Positions 38,201 to 50,500 of a DNA stretch of 64,000 bases are shown here, in pieces (position 1 is the stretch's first letter; every line of letters starts with the position of its first letter). A program made the translations under genes and the position numbers. The stretch is from NCBI GenBank assembly GCA_002633005.1, contig NMRA01000026.1, positions 59,497-123,496 of the forward strand. The letters are read 5' to 3'. The notes under the pieces are model-generated. The model searched no databases, was not told the DNA's origin, and saw nothing but the letters and a program-made list of their open reading frames with translations. This stretch comes from Phoronis australis (taxonomy: Eukaryota > Animalia > Phoronida).

Positions 38201-40770
38201 AGGTCGCAAAATGCGACTTGGCGAATTTAATAGCCGCTAATCGCGCCCTGAATATCAATCTAGAACTTTCAAATTGTTGACCTAAACCGCCTTTTCAAAA
38301 AATCCTTGATAATTGTCTTTTTCAAGAACGCAATGGCACACAACACCATCGCGGAGGCCGTCATTGCACTCGTTGTTCAAGTTATCGTCGACCTTTATCT
38401 CTAATAATTTGAACACCGACTTACTTCTCTAATAGTGTACGAACTAATAGATAAAACACCGTAAATCGATGTGAGTGCCTAACACAGTTCTGTGAACCAG
38501 CCAGTGGTTCACAGAAATTAAAATTATCGTGCAACAACTCAAGCAAGCACAAGACTACACATAAAATCATACCATTTGATGAACGAATGAGGTTGTGTTT
38601 ATGTCGCCCTCACGTGTAAGATTGCCAGGTTGTGGTTCAGCCACTTCGCAGCGGCAGCAACATGGCCGCTGGAAAAACCCACTCCGCGTAGAATCTTGAC
38701 CAAGCACCTCGACCTACATTCTGCTGCTGCCGTCAAACGGATGGTGTAAAATTAGCCGCGGGGACAGCTAGGTCACGAGAGTTCATGAACCAGAAAGTGT
38801 ATGTCCCTGATGAGCGGCGTATCATGTGGAAAAGATATCTTTGTGTTTGACGTAGAATCTACGTTGTTTTTCTCGGCCTAAATGCGGGTAGGCCTATAAG
38901 GCCTATCATAACGCTAAACCCTCGTGAGAGACCGCACCGAGTTGGCCGCTGCTGGAGCAACTCGGGGCGCTCGGAAGTAAACGGCAGCCTGTCGAGTCTT
39001 TCGGCGGTGAGAAGTTCGTGCCTTTGCCTAGCTGTGTTATTCGGCAATAGTCTGAAATAACGTGCCCGTATTTTTAGAACTAGTTTCATATGCCCCGCGA
39101 TATTCGATCAGTGGAGAAAACTGGTTCTCAAAAATCGGGCACCGTATCAGCCCATATATATACCGATACCGTGTTTGTTCAGCGGAATATGACTTTCCGA
39201 CCTCACTGCCTGAAGCAGTGACGTGAAATTCATATTGCAATTTGTCATAGTCTAAAATGTACGTCGTTGAAAACCTTTGGGAGAGCATTTACTTTGCCAC
39301 TACACTCAAGTGTTGTTACATTCGAACTCTCCGAACAACGTGCCAGTGACATTGAAAAGGGTGTCAACTCACTAACATTGCAAAAAGCACAAATCCCAGT
39401 CGCCCCATTAGTTCAAACCACAGGACCAGCACAGACCCAAGAAACAATTCAACTCGCGAGTCCTGAAGCGAACGTCATCAGGGCAGACCCACACCAGTAC
39501 TAGGCTGAGTAACAACCACAAGCCCAACAACAACTGGCGAAAACGAAGGAAACCGAGTGTGTCGAAACTGTGATGAAGATTTTCCCCATCCTGCAAACAC
39601 CATATGTCCCTGCAAAAGGGAGAGACTGTCTGAACTGTGGAAAAGTTGGACTTTTCGCACAAGTATGCAGATCAAAGCAAGTCGGCCAAATCAGTCGAGA
39701 AGACACTGGTGAGCACGACAGCGGATTCCGACTCCGAATACGTGTTCACTGCTGATACTGTCAAAAGCAACGTCGCGAGGGTCAATACTTCACTCCTTGA
39801 TACATCAGTAGAATTCATTGTAGATACGGGAGCTTCAGTGAATATTATTCCCGAGTCCATGCTACAGCACTTCCTGTGAGAGCTACAATACAACCCCGCT
39901 CGACGAAGATTTACGCATACGCACAAGATGCATGCCTCGACGTAGTGGGCTCCTTCAAAACGGATGTGGCGTATAATGGCTTTAAATGCATGGCGACCTT
40001 CTACCTGATTCGACGAGACCGTCCCACTTGCAGCTTACTTTGTGGACAAACCGCCCAAGCACTTGGTCTCATCCAATATGCCTTCCAGTCATCCATCCCG
40101 GAGAGTGAAGAGTATTCTCCTCTGTTTTCTCTAGGCATTGGCAAACTCAAAGATGTCAAGATCAAGCTCCACATCCGAGTCGATGACACCATACAACCGA
40201 TAACTCAGAGGCATCGACGCATTCCATTTCCCGTGCGAAAAGATGGCGAACAAGAAATTGCACGACTGACCGATCTCGACGTGATTGAGGAAGTCAACGG
40301 CCCACCCCATGGATAAGCCCAGTTGTAGTAATACCCAAGAAAGAAGGCGTACACGACTGTGTGTCGACATGAGAGAAGCCAATAAAGCGATTAAGCGAAC
40401 CAAGCACATCATGCCGACTATTGATGACCTTGTCCATGACCTGAAAGAAGATACAGTCTTCAGCAAGTTAGACATGTCAAGTGCCTACCATCAACTAGAG
40501 TTGGATGAAGAAAGTCGTTTCATCACCACATTTACAACACATGTTGGTCTACGACGATACAAGAGACTACTGTTTGGAGTCAACGCTGCAGCTGAACTGT
40601 TTCAGAATATTGCACAGTTACTTCAGGACATCCCAGGTGCCAAGAACCTCTCAGACGACATAATTGTCCTCGGCAAAACCCAGGTGGACCACGATGCAAG
40701 CCTACAAGCAACACTGAAGAGGCTGAACGACAGTGGTGCTAAGCTCAACAAAGAGAAGTGCCTATTCTCT
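35066..40770. repeat. Imperfect tandem duplication (~35066-37488 and ~38026-40768), single N at 38005
   Basis: Colinear near-identical sequence with many small indels; copy 1 lacks ~310 bp of the RT region. Confidence 0.92.
36340..37488 (+). mobile_element. Decayed Gypsy (Mag-like) LTR retrotransposon gag-pol fragment, copy 1
   Basis: Paired zinc-knuckle remnants CRNCG..CLNCGKVG..AQVC, aspartic protease FIVDTGASVNII, RT start RRIPF..VIEEV..PWISPVVVIPKK. Confidence 0.9.
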
Positions 40771-40850
40771 GTGAATCAACTTACCTTCTATGGCCGTACG
40801 TTTGGTGTACAAGGCATATCCCCCCAACCGTAAAAGACTCAGGCCATCAT
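39280..40850 (+). mobile_element. Decayed Gypsy gag-pol fragment, copy 2 (includes RT core)
   Basis: DTGAS protease; RT motifs RLCVDMREANKAI, FSKLDMSSAYHQL, RYKRLLFGV, NLSDDIIV; several frameshifts; no RNase H, integrase or clear LTR pair seen. Confidence 0.92.
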
Positions 40851-41130
40851 CGGTCATTCTCGTGAGTGTTTGGGCAACAACGCCGGGTCCACATGCAGGC
40901 AGCAGACTGGCCGGATTGACACCATGCACTGCAGCAATAATTAGTGTACTATCAACTCTAATTAAGGCAAGACTGGTTTCGTGTAGTATCTATTTAACAA
41001 CCTGATCACAGCTAGTAGCATGCACTATACAATTAAGCATGTTGGTGGCCCTCGCTGGTTCCCTGCGTGCCGCTAGAGGTGGGGCGATAGCCGCGCCAGC
41101 ACGCGTGCTGGCAGCCTGGGCTAAGCTATT

Positions 41131-41890
41131 GGATTCCTATAGGAAATCCTACTATAGGAATTCTATAGGATCCAATTGGATTTTGTCCCACCGGCCTATA
41201 GGATTCCAATAGGATCCTATAGCATTCCTATTGGAAATCATATAGGATCCAACAGAAATTCCTATGGGAATACTTTTGGATCCAATAGGAATTCCTATAG
41301 GATCCTATAGGAAATCTTATAGGATTTCTTAATGAATACTATAGGAATCCTATATGATTTCCTATTGGATCCTGTAAGAATCCTATAGAATCCTATAAGA
41401 TTTCCTAAAGCATCCAATAGGAAAGCCTATAGAAATCCTATAGGATATCCTATGAGAAATTCTATAGGAATTCGTATAAGACTTGAATATATCCAGTAGG
41501 CAGTTCAATAGGATTCTATAGGAAGTTCAATAGGATTCTATGAAGCAATTAACATACATGTATTAAGACTTGGCTGAACATTAAAATTTACAAAAATTAA
41601 TGACTCAGAAGAGCTGAAATTAGATAAAAACAAATCGATAGTTTACCATATTCTCTTAGGCTATTTGTTTGTTAAAATGCTTAGAAATCAGATTTGTAAT
41701 TAAATTCGTATGGTACTTTTTCAATAGGAATCCCTATAGGATATCTTTATCCTGTAGGAATCCTATAGGAAATCGATATTCCTATAGGAATTCTTATAGG
41801 AATTTCTATAGGAATTCCTATAGGAAATCTTATCCTATAGGATCCTTTAGAAATTTCTATAGGATCCTATTGAATATTTTCGTATGGGTT
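41131..41890. repeat. Arrays of palindromic CCTATAGG-based ~10-12 bp units around an AT-rich spacer (foldback/MITE-like)
   Basis: Dozens of (t)tcctataggaa / ggatcctat variants at 41131-41540 and 41722-41875. Confidence 0.85.
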
Positions 41891-42106
41891 CCGTAGATGG
41901 CAGTAATGAGCTAGCTCATTGGTAGATGTAAGACACCCGCGAACGTGGTTTTGTGTCAATTTCCTATAGGAAATCTTATCCTATAGGATCCTTTAGAAAT
42001 TTCTATAGGATCCTATTGAATATTTTCGTATGGGTTCCGTAGATGGCAGTAATGAGCTAGCTCATTGGTAGATGTAAGACACCCGCGAACGTGGTTTTGT
42101 GTCAAT
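41815..42106. repeat. 146-bp tandem duplication
   Basis: 41815-41960 is repeated at 41961-42106. Confidence 0.9.
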
Positions 42107-43619
42107 TGACCCACGTGTCCTCAAAGTATAGGGCAAGTTGTATGAAATGTGCACCAACTGACTAAATCGACTCCATTTTTCTGGTGTCATGGCCATAGAC
42201 ATAATTCATCGGTGTCAGTCGGGCATATTTTAGTGCGTGACGTACTTCAGCGATTACGAGTGTATTGTACCCCAGGTCGGTGTGAACGGCTAGCTGCATT
42301 TCAGTTTAACCAAACACATAAATCCAAATTTGAGTTCTGTTGGCGCAATATACCCATGCTCGCAATTAAAGGGGGGGGGTCTATAGCTCCGGGGGCTCGA
42401 CCCCCCCCCCGGCCATTTGGCGAAGTAGGCAAACGCTGAGGTGCGGCCTCAGAGAAACAAAAAGTCCGACAAAACGAGACAAATGTCCACGGGAATTCGG
42501 CGCGAATGCACGATTCATGTATGTGGCTGTACTTCGGGAGCAAGTCCTTGGTTATACAGAATTGGTTAAACGCACGACACTTTTCATTGTTGAACACTGA
42601 AAAGTGTCGTGGGTTTAATCAATTCATATAGATCTGAACGTAGTAGATCTAGCCCGTTTTCAGTTTGTTTCATTTTTCTTTAGTCCCCATTTTTTCAGTA
42701 AAATTAAGGTCCACATATAATAGATCTACTGAAAAATTCGAACCCCCCTAGACTGGGTACCAGCATGGTACTGGTAGTCGAGAAACCCAAAGCGCCAGCG
42801 CAGACGGCCAGGTCGAGCAAGTCAGTGGCGGGTCATGTTTTCAATGGCCGTTGATCCTAACTTGTTTGATTATAGCCCAACAATAAGTTGGGAAGATGAC
42901 CCCTGTAGCCAATATCTTACACGGATGATTAATAATTTCATTCATGCATTTATGAGTGGAGGGCCAGCATTCTCTTAATTTGTTGATAATTGCTCTAATC
43001 TCTAATAAGATCATATCTCAGTACACTGACTGGACTGTGCTGTTAAAAATAAAAGTTAAGTTATAACATAAACCAATAGCATTTCTGAATTCCCTGTCAA
43101 ATGCTGATCATGCTTAGTTTTTGAATCGCCAAAATCGCCCAACTACAACAGAAGTTACGACAATCTATGCTTTTCGAACGTACCAACACTCCCTCTGGGT
43201 TTGATTGTATCCACACGTGGTCGGCAATAAACCTGGTAGATAATTGGCCTGCTTGTTGTCATGCATGACAAAAGACTGTACTTTGCAGTTAACAAAGGAG
43301 CTAGATGTTATCACACGCTCACAACCCTCTACATCTGGTAAAGTCACTGAACGGGAGAACGCCGTAATGCCCCAGTGTTTGTCCAGACTATAAGTCAATA
43401 AACAATGTATTTATTGTCATTTGAATTGTGAGTATACCTGAGATACCTATATCAGAATATTATTTTTGAGAGTTGTCTCAGCAGCCGCGAGAATGGAGCT
43501 CTTGGCAGCCGCTGGCTGTCGCAGGCGCCCCCCAAAGTTTCACCACTGAGGTTGGGTCTGTAGATCGAAGAGGTCTTCAGCAGAAAAACCTACCAACACG
43601 ATCTATCGTGGAAGATTTA

Positions 43620-44720
43620 AAGTAATTAAGTGTAAGACTTTCCTAACTTTGCGGGACTCAAAGGAGTGAGTTGTGTAAAGATTGACGTTTCCGGCTACAG
43701 GAAGAATGTAGAGTCCAAAGAAGGAAATAGCATCGGCAGAGAGCAAGCTTCTTCATAGAGATTTGGTAGGGGCAGTTTCCCGAGGGCCTTGTTGTGTGAC
43801 TGTTTAAGAGTTGGGAGACAAATGGAGGGAAAGAGCGTCTTTCCATAGTGTAGTAGACGAAGTGCGTCACCTGGAAGCGGAGAAGCGCGTTTCTCAAGTT
43901 GTGGGCTTGAGAAAGCAAGGAGCCTGGGTGTCGTGGGACGGAGTTCACTGTAGGTACATGAACATGTACATTGTAGTGAATGACCTAATTTCGTGTGATC
44001 AGTACAGATTAAGTTTTCGCCTGTGCGTTCGGTGTATGGTGTTCTCCCAAGTCAGACAAAACGAAAGTTGTGGGGCAAGATTGAAGATGATTCTATACTT
44101 TACAGCATGTTTTGTCATCTTGTAAGACGGATTTGTCGGAAGGCAAATACAAGTGGAGATATGGTAAGATACTCCAGGGGATTGCTGACGTATTTTGTAC
44201 CTTAAACGAAGTCGGTTAGCAACAATGACAACCCGCTGATATCGTTTTGCAGAGAAGGCGCACCTAGGAAGAGGAAAGGTCCAAATGAATTGGCTACCGC
44301 GAGTTATTGAAAGATGACTTTGGATATAGGACCACTGCCGATGGTATTCCCAAGCCACATAGTGATGACAACATTCCGGCCTGTCTTGGTGTTTTGGTCA
44401 GATGGTACGAAGGCGGTCATCATTGTAGAATTTGCAGTAGCCTACCATGGAAATCCTGAATGATAGAGTCCAATGACATGAAAATGCTAAAGTATGCAGA
44501 ACGTTCTCATGATTGTTCGGTGGTTATTTGGAAGTGTTTTTGTATGCCAGTTGTAGTAGGAAGTCGGGGTTTTATTGGGAGCAGCATGTGGAGTTTGATG
44601 AAGTTCCGTATCATGACGTTGTCAAGGAAGGATTTGGTGCAGACAGTTGTGAGTTCACCCGAGCAGGCGCCGTTGTGGTCATGGTTACAGCGAGACAACA
44701 GGTGTCACTCCAAGGGATGA
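43620..44720 (+). mobile_element. Decayed HERO/R2-group (restriction-like endonuclease) non-LTR retrotransposon, 3' part
   Basis: Remnants in several frames: KQGAWVSWDGV, RSVYGVLPS..LWG, IPSHIVMTTFRPVLVFWS..VIIVEF, KMLKYAE..WKCFCMPVVVGSRGF, matching the RPD..E..K..Y..PVEVGCRGF endonuclease pattern. Confidence 0.75.
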
Positions 44721-47508
44721 CTGAAGCCACATACCAAATGATCACTGTGATAAAATTGAGTAAATGTAGTTAAAAAGAAATGCGTGGTTAGAACCTTCAA
44801 AATAAGCCGTATGATATTTTATTGGAAATATCAATTACTTGGGTTGCCCAGGACAATGTGTTGTCTAAAATGAATCCCCAAAAACGTAAAATCACCAACG
44901 ATTTCATATCCTCTCAGCTAAGTTGAATTTCAGTTAGTGTACGTCGTTTATGCTTTTCTGGCTATAGTGAAAAAACATATTTTTAGTTTTTACCGTGTTA
45001 AGAGAGAGAGTTCGTTAACAGTCAATCAGTTAGAACAACTGTGTGTAGAGGTTTGGTGATGACCGAGGTGACTTCTTTTGGATGTCCCTCCCTCCGCTTA
45101 AATACATGGCCCTAGTACTAAGAAAATTAAAGATACTTAGTACGGAATATAAACTTATTCAATTTAACTACAAATAAATCACTCTTTCATAAAGTTTATT
45201 TATAATGAGTGGATGCCTCCCGATGTGGAGGCTGGGGGCCGCCGTACCACGCTACTGAGTTAGAGACACTTTGCAATTTGTTACATATAGAGACAATGTG
45301 GAGTTATATAGTGCTATTTTTGTTTAGATTTTAAAATAGCACACTGTATATATGGTAATGGTCCCGTGGTAACTGCAAAGAGGAGAGAGTGTCTATTAGT
45401 AACAAAGTGTATTGAAATCTACATAGCTGTAGTGTAATTCATTTTCAAAAGTTTTTAGTACTTTATTTTTGACTGGTTTATGGTATCGAATGGTTTGGAT
45501 AAGTCAATAAAAATTGTTATTGAGTTGGTGTTAATGTGATCAGAGAAGACATTCTATTCACATACCAAATTTCGGAAGGATCCGCCTAGTGACGACGGAG
45601 AATCCGCATCAGAAATCCATCAACGAAAGAAAAATAATTGGCAAACCTTAGATAAATTCGAAAACAGTTAGCCGTAGTGAAAAACAGCTGTTGCTTACTC
45701 TATATACCCTTTGAAAAGATCTATCTGAGCCCCGCAAAAATTCGTAAAATGGCTATCACAGCGCCATCTGGGATTCGATTTCATCCCAAAGCCATACGCC
45801 TCGAGCTCATAAATATTAAAGTCGACCGGACGAACATGCGACCTGTAGCACAAGCAACAAAGAGAAAAAATCACGAAAAAGCAACACACTTGAAGAAATT
45901 ACGGTTCATCAATTAGTAATGTGACTGCTTTCCTAAGCACTGAATACGTGATAGCAAAATTTGGAGCAACATTGCACTATTGGGCAATACAGAATGTAAA
46001 AACGACGATCGTGACGCCCGCTACCACAACGTGCATTGTCCAGTGGCGAAGTCGAAATCAATGCTGCACTTCTGGACGCAGCGCTAGTTTAGGGCCGCGT
46101 AAAAATAATCTGCCAATTATTGAGTGAGGCTTAACTCCTCCAGGAAAGCTTTGGATTGAAATTGCGGGCATTACAAGGTGATTTTGGGGCTGATCTCAGA
46201 AAACCACTTTTCCCGCTCACAATGCCACTTTACGAAATCTATTTCAAGAGTGCACACATAGCAACCAGGTACATGTGCTTACAACTAACATTCCCAATGT
46301 TTATGCACGGATGCCGTTATTAAATTAAAGAAAACAACTTGAATGTAATTGCAAAATATTTACTAAACCTGCCCGTTGTTTAAGTAACGAAAAAATAATA
46401 AACTATTACAGGGTTACATTTTCATGAAAAACAAAGAAACAACCATTTGCATGCAACTTGAGAGCAGGTCCAAAACGACTAATCAATTCTTCATATTACA
46501 GTTATTTCTAAATTTATGCATTTTGTAATTATTTAGTTGAAAAAACGCAACCTAACGAAGGGTTAGCAAACATTTATCACGCATTTACATAATCAGTACA
46601 TAGGTGCCGTTTTCCAATTCAATAAAACTACTTAAACACAGGTGTAAATGTTTATTCAACCTTCCTTTTATTAGTTAACCGATATTTCAACCAAGAGCTA
46701 GCGAAAACTGGGAACACGCAACTAGAACGCTGATGTAAAAAACATAAAACTCTCCAATGTTCAAATAAGTTGCTCGATTTAAAATTTCGAGTGAAGCAGT
46801 TTTAGTGACTGCAATCTAACAAAGGGAAATTGAACACTTGAATTTAAAAAAGAGTTCCTCTCAACTTTCGTTGGAATTCATCAAGTTCTTCACCCACAAA
46901 CAATACTGTAGTGAAACATCTGTCTCTGGATCCTGGGTGAAGTGCATTGAAGAATGGTGGTGCTCTGCACTCTTGGGTCAAGTCTCAAGAATGACACGAC
47001 CAGATTTGTTTTAGATATCGAGCAGAAAAGTGACAATAAGAAAATCCGACAAAGTTCCCCCCCCCCCAGGGGTGTAGCAGTTGTTGAATTTGACAATTTA
47101 CCAAAACTGTAGACGGATAGGTATAACTGAGTTGCGAGAGTGTGCCACAAGTGAAAACTGCCCAATGTTACCCGCACAGAGAGGGTTTGGGCTGGGGTGG
47201 GGAAGAAAAATACTCTCAGTTCATTTTACCACAGACGCGAGCTAGAAAGCGGAACCTATTTATGTAACTCGCCATACCAGGCGCGTAACTCTCTGTCTGC
47301 GGTGCCCCTATGGCAACATGCAGCCTGTGGTAATACCGGCGTATAATTCTGAGACATGTAAAATCAAATACTGCATCCCGCGTTTCACACTAGCACGCGA
47401 CAGGGCAGCTCACGTTCGTGCACAGTCCTTCCGGATAACGATACTCGAAGGCAGCCTACAGACAGCGAAATATATCGAAGTATTGATAAAATCCGGAAGT
47501 GCACGAGA

Positions 47509-50500
47509 ATGGCAAGTTGTTTTAGGAACACAACTACTGATGGCAGCAGTTGTAGCGACTGTCTGACAAAGGTATGTAAAGAGGCTATATCTGCTGCAAA
47601 ACATAACTATTGCAATAACAGCACAAGTGCCGTACTTTTTGCTGTTCGATCAAGTAATTCGAGGTAAGTTTACTCCACAGGCGCACGTATTGCAGAATAG
47701 TTTTCCACATACAAGGACGACATTTTTTGAAAAAAGTCTTCAAAAAGCCCTGGTGGGAGATAGAGGGTTATTTCGAAAACTCGATTACCGTATTGCCATA
47801 CTATCAGTCCATGGGAGTCTGTGCGAAACTGCGCGTACGTGCAAAACTGAGACCCATGCCCCAGTACGCGAACCAGTTGGCTAAAAGGACACGAGAAACG
47901 AATTTATTTCGGATACGGGCCGAAATAGAGTTACAATACGGTCCAATTATCTGCATGTGTACTAACTGCGTAAAAATTATCCAAAATTGGCGTAGGACTC
48001 AACCTCGTTTCCTAAAACGTTCGTTTTGTATACTCGTGAAAACAGCGATAATTTTGAACTTTCTCTAAATTAGTGTAACACAAAGTAGACTTCGTGGTTC
48101 AATGAAGGCGGTCTTTTCTTGCAGCCGTCGACAAACTCCTCGGCTAGCGTGATTTGCACTTTCTGACTTAACAATCTCCATATTTTGGAAGTTTGGAATA
48201 AAATTTGAAAACTCTTTGATCCATATTATTACTTAAATTCAAAGATTAAAAATTAGGATTTTGCTAGGGGCGAAATCATCGTTATGAAGGTTGACGTGAC
48301 GTTCAAAACTGAATCTCTTTTAATCATTCCAACTCTCCCTAAAAGAAGGGCGCTCACTAAAAAGGGACACATAACGCTAAAAATGAAATTCATAGTTGGC
48401 AAAGCGGGCCATCCGGTAATACCGAAATGGGTAAAATTTAATGTCCACCACAACACCTAGAAATATCACGACCGTGTTTTTTAGTCGTACCTGTTTAATG
48501 GAATGGGAAATAGGGACAACCCTTGCGGAGAAGCACAAAATATGCCATAATAAGTACATTTCGTCGTGTACATCAAAGAGCAAGATACTCTCATGCTCTG
48601 GAGGGACGCGGGACAAAGTTTCAAAAAGCTGAAGTGTCTCAACAAAATTAGGAAAGTTGACAACTTTGTGATTTTCACAATACTTCTTAAAAATACTTCC
48701 TTAAGATTACATAAGACCCTATAAGAATTCCGAATTTGGCTAAATTGGGAGGTTCATATCTCAAAAATGGCTTATCGGGTTCATATGAAATTTAATCTAC
48801 TGTTCTTTACACACCGTTCTCCAAAATGATGCTAGAAATTGTTAAAGTGTTCCAATTTTGCTGAAATGGTTATCAAATTTAGAACTTTTATGATTTTCAG
48901 GAAAAAAGTAAAGGTTACACAAAACGAAAACGAAACGATATTTTAGATAACCGTAAACTTTTCGAGATCTCGCATTTATATCAAATGAAATTTGATCATG
49001 TTATTAACGCAGTTGTTTCGCTATAAATGTATCTTTGTTTCTGCTAAATTTTATTAAGAACATATGTTAGGTGACCCAATCAACGGCAGATTGGTAAAAG
49101 TCAACAATCAATCTCTACAGGCTTATTGTTTTCAGTAGCGTTAAAATCTATAGCTTTGTTCATATTTGTCTAAACACTGAGAGAGTGATTGAGTACATTT
49201 GAAGGGTTTTGAAAAACGGAGATGAAATAAGTCGATTGATCAAATTCGGATTGACTTATTTTCAGACTCAGAGATGGTGCAAAAGAAATATTCTACTCCT
49301 GCTGACGGTCAGCGGTGTAATCATGGGCGTGGTTCTAGGACTGTGCCTCCCATTGGTTAAACCGAACGAGGACGCGGTGTTATTGGTTGGTTTTCCCGGG
49401 GAAATCTTTATGCGAGCATTGAAGATGATTCTTATTCCCTTGATTGTCACTAGCATTTCGTCAGGTAGGCGAGCATGCGCAGCAGTCTAGGAAATCTCAA
49501 GCACATCCGGTATAAAATAAACTCGAGTAATTCTTCGCTGGTATTGAAACGTGACAGTTAGATTTACCGACCTGCTTATCCGTAGGCAGTTAACTACACT
49601 GTAAAGTATCACATACAGGTCGGACATATGTCCTCAGTAGAGCCCTTTTAAGAATGGCATGGGCTACCGCGCCTCGAGTGCACTGGGACGCCAAGACCTA
49701 CAGGTTCCAGTATACAATTACCGTGTTCGTGTATTTATCACAGGCTTGCTGGTACGCCAACGACTGAGTGTAGTAAAAAATGAACATAAAAACTCAGACG
49801 CCGTAATAAGTGCCTTTCAAACCACTAATTCTGCAAAGAAATGTTAATAAACAACCGTGCGGTAATAGAGTCCTAAATAAAATCACCAAGTGTGCGTTAC
49901 GCAGACCAATGCTCTTACGCCGAGAAACAGTTTTAATAAGACATTCAAGTCAAAATACTATTTGCAAACTACGTATTTCTTCCAGCTACAAAGAGATCTG
50001 TGATAGCACAGCTGAGGTCAGAAATTTTGCCCTTAGAGGTTGAATTAAATGAAAGATTACGTTAAGTGTGTAACCAAAATTTAATTGAAGATGAAATGCA
50101 TGTATCTAACAGTTTAAGAGCAGAGTTTCCAGGTGAATTCTCCTTTCTAGACTATATTTTTCTAAATTATACATAAGCTCTTGCATGGTTATTGATTGGG
50201 GCACTAGACCAGAGGCGGATTCAGGATTATGAGTTAGGGGGGCAGGGCAAAGTATTAACCCGCCAGATATTCGCACCCCGAACTGCCAAATGGAATCTGA
50301 GAGAAATTTAGGGGGACTATATCCCCCTTGCCCCCCTGTAAATTCGCCACTGTAGGTTGCCGCAGGAGTTGCCTAACTTGTGTGTAACTGTTTGGTGCTG
50401 ACTAGTAAGCCCAAAAGGCTAGTGACGTATTACATTTAAAGACTATTTGCTTTTGTATTGTATTGCATTGTATTGCATTGCATTGCATTGTGTTGTATTG

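Noticed and set aside
38805-38845. CTGATGA...GAAA hammerhead-like spacing
   Set aside because: No convincing stem II or stem I pairing, and the duplicate copy reads CTGTTGA.
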